Shown here in pieces: positions 59,474-64,000 of a DNA stretch of 64,000 nt. The number at the start of each line of letters is the position of its first letter. Positions within the stretch are counted from its first letter, which is position 1. The notes below the pieces were generated by a model. It did no database searches, had not been told where the DNA came from, and was given only the letters and a program-made list of their open reading frames with translations. The position numbers were made by a program, and so were the translations under genes. Location: NCBI GenBank assembly GCA_965205485.1, contig OZ242180.1:2016001-2080000 (forward strand). Reading direction: 5' to 3'. This DNA is from Candidatus Latescibacterota bacterium (lineage in GTDB: Bacteria > Latescibacterota > UBA2968 > GCA-2709665).

Positions 59474-60679
59474 CTAGTCCAGGTACTTCGCCGCCTGCTG
59501 TACGTCCTTGTCGCCGCGGCCTGAGAGATTCGCCACGATTATAGCATCCCTGTCCATTGCCGGCGCCGCTTTCGACACGTGCGCGATCGCGTGCGCGCTT
59601 TCCAGTGCTGGAATGATACCCTCCGTGCGACTCAACAGTTGAAACCCCTTCAGGGCTTCGTCGTCGGTTGCATACGCATACTCGATCCGGCCCTCATCCC
59701 GCAGGAGACAGTGCTCGGGGCCCACGCCGGAATAGTCCAGGCCTGCCGATACCGAATGGGTCAGTGCGATCTGCCCGTCCTCGTCCTGCAGGAGGTAGAT
59801 CCTCGCCCCGTGCAACACGCCGAGATCTCCTCCCTGAAACCGGGCGGCGTGGTCGCCGGAGGCAATGCCATGGCCTCCCGCTTCGACGCCGATCATGCGC
59901 ACGTCCGCATCGTCCAGAAACGCGTGAAACAGCCCCATCGAATTGCTGCCGCCGCCGACACATGCGATCAGACAGTCCGGCAACCGGCCTTCGGCCCGCA
60001 GGATCTGCGCGCGGGTCTCCACTCCGATCACCCGTTGAAAATCCCGTACGATCATAGGATACGGGTGAGGTCCCAGGACGGATCCGAAAATATAGAACGT
60101 ATCGTCCACGTTCGTCACCCAGTCCCGGATTGCCTCGTTGATCGCATCCTTGAGCGTCCTGCTTCCCGATTCCACGCCGGTTACTTTGGCGCCCAGGAGC
60201 CGCATCCGGAACACATTCAACGCCTGCCGGTCCATGTCCTCGGTGCCCATGTAAATCTCGCACTTCAGTCCGAACATCGCAGCTACGGTTGCCGTCGCCA
60301 CACCGTGCTGCCCGGCGCCCGTTTCGGCGATGATCCGTGTTTTTCCCATGCGCCTGGCAAGCAGAATCTGCCCCATCGTGTTGTTTATCTTGTGCGCGCC
60401 GGTGTGGGCGAGGTCCTCCCGTTTCAGATAGATTCTGGCCCCGCCCAGTTCTTCGGTCAGTCGCTGTGCGAAATAGAGTGACGTGGGCCTTCCGACAAAT
60501 TCCCTGAGATAACGGTCCAGTTCCTCGCGGAAATCCGGACGGTCCCTCGCGTCGCGGTAGGCTGATTCCAGGTCCTCGAGCAACGGCATCAACGTCTCCG
60601 GCACATAGCGCCCGCCGTAGGGTCCGAAGTGTCCCCTGGCATCGGGCCACGTCCGTGCGGCTTCATCTCTGTTGAGCAC
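59474..60679 (-). CDS. trpB: Tryptophan synthase beta chain (GTG start overlapping the upstream stop)
   Basis: [46 protein letters not shown]. Confidence 0.96.
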   Translation of the reverse strand: MLNRDEAARTWPDARGHFGPYGGRYVPETLMPLLEDLESAYRDARDRPDFREELDRYLREFVGRPTSLYFAQRLTEELGGARIYLKREDLAHTGAHKINNTMGQILLARRMGKTRIIAETGAGQHGVATATVAAMFGLKCEIYMGTEDMDRQALNVFRMRLLGAKVTGVESGSRTLKDAINEAIRDWVTNVDDTFYIFGSVLGPHPYPMIVRDFQRVIGVETRAQILRAEGRLPDCLIACVGGGSNSMGLFHAFLDDADVRMIGVEAGGHGIASGDHAARFQGGDLGVLHGARIYLLQDEDGQIALTHSVSAGLDYSGVGPEHCLLRDEGRIEYAYATDDEALKGFQLLSRTEGIIPALESAHAIAHVSKAAPAMDRDAIIVANLSGRGDKDVQQAAKYLD

Positions 60680-61656
60680 TAGATATCCCTCATCACCTGA
60701 TCGTAGAACGCCAGATAGCGGTCGCGGTCGTCCCCGTCCAGAAGCGCCATCGCCGAGCGGGGATGCTGGTTGTGCTGTCCCGTGATGTTGTACGGCACCA
60801 GGGGCCCCCACGTCAATTGCTCGCGCAATCCGACAAAGTGGGCTTCCAGCAGCTTGTAGACGGGTCGAATCTTGAATTTCGGATTGCGAAGGAAGCCGAG
60901 CAGCAGTTCGAGCGGGCAATTCCCGGCGCCGCGGCCAAGTCCGTCCACCGTGGCATCAACGCGGTTGGCGCCCAGGATAAGCGCTTCGATGGTATTGGCG
61001 AATGCCAGTTGCTGGTTGTTGTGCGCGTGAATGCCCACTTCCTTTCCCATTCCTTCGACGGCATCCATATACTTCCGGATGAGCATATCCACCTGCTCGC
61101 GGTACAATGCGCCGAAGCTGTCGACGACACAAATTGTACCCACCGGCGTTTCGACAAGGACCTCCAGCGCCTGATCGATCTCCACTTCCTGCACGGTCGA
61201 AATGGCCATGATGTTGCAGCTGGTTTCATATCCTTTCTCGTGGGCGTCGCAGAGCATTTCAACGGTCTCGGGAATCTGCTCGACGTAGCAGGCCACCCGT
61301 ACCATGCTGACCACGCTTTCGCTGGCCGGCAGGATATCTTCCGCCCAGTCGCTTTTGCCGGCATCGGCCATGATGGCAAGCTTCAGGCCGGTTGCTTCAG
61401 GGTCGTGGTCCCCCGTGATCCTGCGGATATCTTCTTCGTCGCTGTGCCGGAAGGCTCCGAATTGCTTTTTCGGAAACATCTCTTTGGAGTTCCGGTACCC
61501 GATTTCCATATAGTCGACGCCCGCGTCGACGCAGGTCTCATAAACTGCCTTTACGAAATCATTGGAAAACTGGTGGTCGTTCATCAATCCGCCGTCTCGA
61601 ATCGTACAGTCCAATACCTTGAGTTCCGGCCGATAGGTGATCCAGGGTGCTTTCAT
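60679..61656 (-). CDS. DRE-TIM metallolyase (4-hydroxy-2-oxovalerate aldolase-like catalytic domain)
   Basis: [36 protein letters not shown]. Confidence 0.85.
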   Translation of the reverse strand: MKAPWITYRPELKVLDCTIRDGGLMNDHQFSNDFVKAVYETCVDAGVDYMEIGYRNSKEMFPKKQFGAFRHSDEEDIRRITGDHDPEATGLKLAIMADAGKSDWAEDILPASESVVSMVRVACYVEQIPETVEMLCDAHEKGYETSCNIMAISTVQEVEIDQALEVLVETPVGTICVVDSFGALYREQVDMLIRKYMDAVEGMGKEVGIHAHNNQQLAFANTIEALILGANRVDATVDGLGRGAGNCPLELLLGFLRNPKFKIRPVYKLLEAHFVGLREQLTWGPLVPYNITGQHNQHPRSAMALLDGDDRDRYLAFYDQVMRDI

Positions 61657-61750
61657 TGAAAGGTTCCTCTCCTGATGACATTCACGATGGGTTTCGGCTG
61701 TTAATCATCTGCACCGCTCTTCGATACGCATCCGCGGCCGCGCGTCCTCA

Positions 61751-61834
61751 GAAGCTGTTTTAAAATTACCGGTGAGTTCCCGACCGCCGCTTTTGCAGCC
61801 GCGCGAAGACCGCTGGGAATTTTAAGACAGCTTC
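61751..61834 (+). mobile_element. MITE family 2, internally deleted 84-bp copy
   Basis: Same TIRs as 58142-58353; TCA duplicated on both flanks. Confidence 0.85.
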
Positions 61835-61839
61835 TCAGG

Positions 61840-63102
61840 TCAGAGATTCCAGCGCACGAGAAAGTAGCGGCGTTTGCCCCGGCGCACGACCACGTATCTG
61901 CCGGCGATTCTGTCCGAGGGTTCAAGCATCATGCCCGTATCGGCGCAACGCCGGCCATTGACGTATATCGCGCCGGACCGGATATCTTCCCGCGCCTGGC
62001 GCATGGAAGATGAAATGCCGACGTTGACCAGCAGATCCATCAGTCCCACGCCTGAAACGCCATTGAGCGCCTGAGACGGCACGTCGCTGAACCCTTCCTC
62101 GATCTCTCGCGCACTCAGGTCTCTCAGTTCCCCGTAGAACAACGCGTCGGAAATCCGCCGCGCCCTTTCGGTGGCGGATCTGTCATGTACGAGCGTGGTG
62201 ACCTCCTCGGCCAGCACCCGCTGTGCCTCTCGCTTTTCGGGATGTTCTGTCACTTCCGTTTCCAGATTCCTGATTTCATTCCCGGAAAGAAAGGTAAACA
62301 GCTTCAGAAACGACACGACGTCCCGGTCGTCCGTATTGATCCAATGCTGGTAAAACTGGTAGGGCGTCGTTTTTCCAGCGTCGAGCCAGACGGTGCCGGA
62401 TGCCGTCTTTCCGAACTTGGAGCCGTCTGCCTTCTCAAGCAGTGGAAACGTCAGGCCGTGCGCCTGTCCGCCCAGCCGGCGCCGGATCAGCTCGATTCCC
62501 GCTGTAATATTGCCCCATTGATCGCTCCCGCCAATCTGGAGCTCGCATCCGTGCGCCTGAAACAACTCCATGAAATCATAGGCCTGAATGACCATATAGC
62601 TGAACTCGGTGAATGAGATTCCTGTTTCCAGCCGGGAAGCCACGGACTCTTTCGCCAGCATATAGCCCATGGAGAAGTGCTTGCCCGTGTCCCTCAGGAA
62701 GTCGATCGCCTTCAGTTCGGAGAGCCATCCCAGATTGCTGACCACCCGGGCGGGATTGGCTCCGGTCTCAAAATCGAGAAACCGGGCGAGTTGCTCTGTG
62801 AGTCTTCCGGTATATTCCGCGATCAACTCGGGCGGGTTCAACGGACGTTCTTCCTTACTGCCGCTCGGATCACCTATCAGACCCGTGCCTCCCCCGATAA
62901 GCCCAATCGCATGATGCCCGGCCAGCTGAAACCGCCGCAATCCGAGAATGGGTATCAGGTTGCCCACGTGCAAGCTGTCGGCCGTGGGGTCGAACCCTGA
63001 ATAAAGCGTTATGGGCCCATCGGCCAGCCGCGCTTCGAGTCCGTCGGGATCGGTTACCTGAAAGAGGTACCCCCGAAAATTTAGATCTTTCAAGATGTCC
63101 AC
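61840..63102 (-). CDS. tyrS: Tyrosine--tRNA ligase
   Basis: YSGFDPTADSLHVGN, QAYDF, QIGGSDQWGN, KFGKT, S4 domain. Confidence 0.96.
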   Translation of the reverse strand: MDILKDLNFRGYLFQVTDPDGLEARLADGPITLYSGFDPTADSLHVGNLIPILGLRRFQLAGHHAIGLIGGGTGLIGDPSGSKEERPLNPPELIAEYTGRLTEQLARFLDFETGANPARVVSNLGWLSELKAIDFLRDTGKHFSMGYMLAKESVASRLETGISFTEFSYMVIQAYDFMELFQAHGCELQIGGSDQWGNITAGIELIRRRLGGQAHGLTFPLLEKADGSKFGKTASGTVWLDAGKTTPYQFYQHWINTDDRDVVSFLKLFTFLSGNEIRNLETEVTEHPEKREAQRVLAEEVTTLVHDRSATERARRISDALFYGELRDLSAREIEEGFSDVPSQALNGVSGVGLMDLLVNVGISSSMRQAREDIRSGAIYVNGRRCADTGMMLEPSDRIAGRYVVVRRGKRRYFLVRWNL

Positions 63103-63125
63103 CGTATTGGGCTCCGATAGTGGGT

Positions 63126-63770
63126 TCAGACATGCTGTTGGCGGCGATTCGCAAAGCGGAGCGCCCTCAAAAACTCGCGGATTCTGGCGTGGTCCTTCCG
63201 GCCGGGCGCGGCTTCAACGCCGCTGCCGCAGTCTACGGCGTACGGTTTCACCGTTCGGACAGCATCGGCCACGTTCGAAGGATCCATTCCCCCCGAGAGG
63301 ATGATCCGCCCGTGTGCGGTCGCTGCCCTTGCGAACCGCCAGTCAAAGGTCTCTCCGGTGCCGCCGTACCATCCCTTTTTGTCCGTATCCAGCAGAAACG
63401 TGTTTACCGGATAGTCGCTCAGGGAAGCAGGATCGAATCCGTCGCCGACCCGCAATGCCCGGATGACCGGAATCGGATAATCCAGACAGTCGGCCGGTGT
63501 CTCGTCGCCGTGCAACTGGACCGCCCGAATCCCGGTGGACCGCACGGTTTCCACGATCTCCTCCCTGGCCTTGTTCACGAAAACCCCTACGGGCGTCACG
63601 AACGGCGGTAACGCCGAGACAATATTGCTCACGCGTTCCGGGTGTACGTATCGCGGACTGGGCTTGTAGAAGATGAAACCGAGCGCGTCCACGCCGTGTG
63701 CGACAGAAAAGAGCGCATCTTCCGGATTTGTAATCCCGCAAATCTTCACGCGAACCATGAGTCGGGTCAA
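63126..63770 (-). CDS. trpF: Phosphoribosylanthranilate isomerase
   Basis: VKICGIT, VQLHGDE, GGTGETFDW, SGVE..PG.KD. Confidence 0.95.
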   Translation of the reverse strand: MTRLMVRVKICGITNPEDALFSVAHGVDALGFIFYKPSPRYVHPERVSNIVSALPPFVTPVGVFVNKAREEIVETVRSTGIRAVQLHGDETPADCLDYPIPVIRALRVGDGFDPASLSDYPVNTFLLDTDKKGWYGGTGETFDWRFARAATAHGRIILSGGMDPSNVADAVRTVKPYAVDCGSGVEAAPGRKDHARIREFLRALRFANRRQQHV

Positions 63771-64000
63771 CCGCCTTCCCTGCCCAGCAGCGTTCGAAGC
63801 TTCCGGCCGACGTCGGGATGGCGCATCAGATGCTCCCCAACAAGCACCCCATCCACGCCGGCATCCCCCAACCGGACGACGTCGTCCCTGGTCTCGATCC
63901 CGCTCTCGCTTACAATGACCGGACCTCCCTGAAGATGTTCAATCAGTTCGAACGTGGTTCGCAAATCGGTTTCAAACGTCTTCAGGTTGCGGTTATTCAC
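63767..64000 (-). CDS. trpC: Indole-3-glycerol phosphate synthase, C-terminal part (5' end outside window)
   Basis: NNRNLKTF, VSESGI, GVLVGE.LM. Confidence 0.92.
   Translation of the reverse strand: MNNRNLKTFETDLRTTFELIEHLQGGPVIVSESGIETRDDVVRLGDAGVDGVLVGEHLMRHPDVGRKLRTLLGREGG

Noticed and set aside
63103..63125. T-box or attenuator upstream of tyrS
   Set aside because: Only 23 nt separate trpF and tyrS

Overview
High-GC bacterial chromosomal window, with no CRISPR array, rRNA, prophage or transposase. From left to right it contains: (1) accessory catabolic genes (flavin reductase, Na+/solute symporter, a frameshifted Gfo/Idh/MocA oxidoreductase, two ceramidase-like hydrolases); (2) a minus-strand run dinG - truncated RelA/SpoT - lipoprotein - RNase II-like - LamG/propeller, in which several catalytic sites are degenerate; (3) housekeeping queA-ispDF-dedA-ddl-cysS-tRNA-Thr; (4) a DegT/PhyH/creatininase trio, uxaB, a class V aminotransferase and guaB; (5) TPR-exbB-exbD-exbD-tonB-TPR; (6) Nudix, amidase, fabV, comM/yifB and mnmA; (7) a long aromatic amino-acid supra-operon (trpC-trpF-tyrS-DRE-TIM aldolase-trpB-trpA-CM-DAHP synthase-tyrA-aroA-like-aroE-ubiE-argS-aroK-aroB). 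The intergenic space is rich in non-autonomous repeats: two IS5-like MITE families with three copies each, REP-type hairpins, and a three-copy structured element with a covarying closing stem and near-fixed-length variable segments. That element and the intact but apparently catalytically dead AroA are the most unusual items, along with the degenerate (and frameshifted) RNase II homologue. All calls come from reading motifs by eye; no database searches were run.
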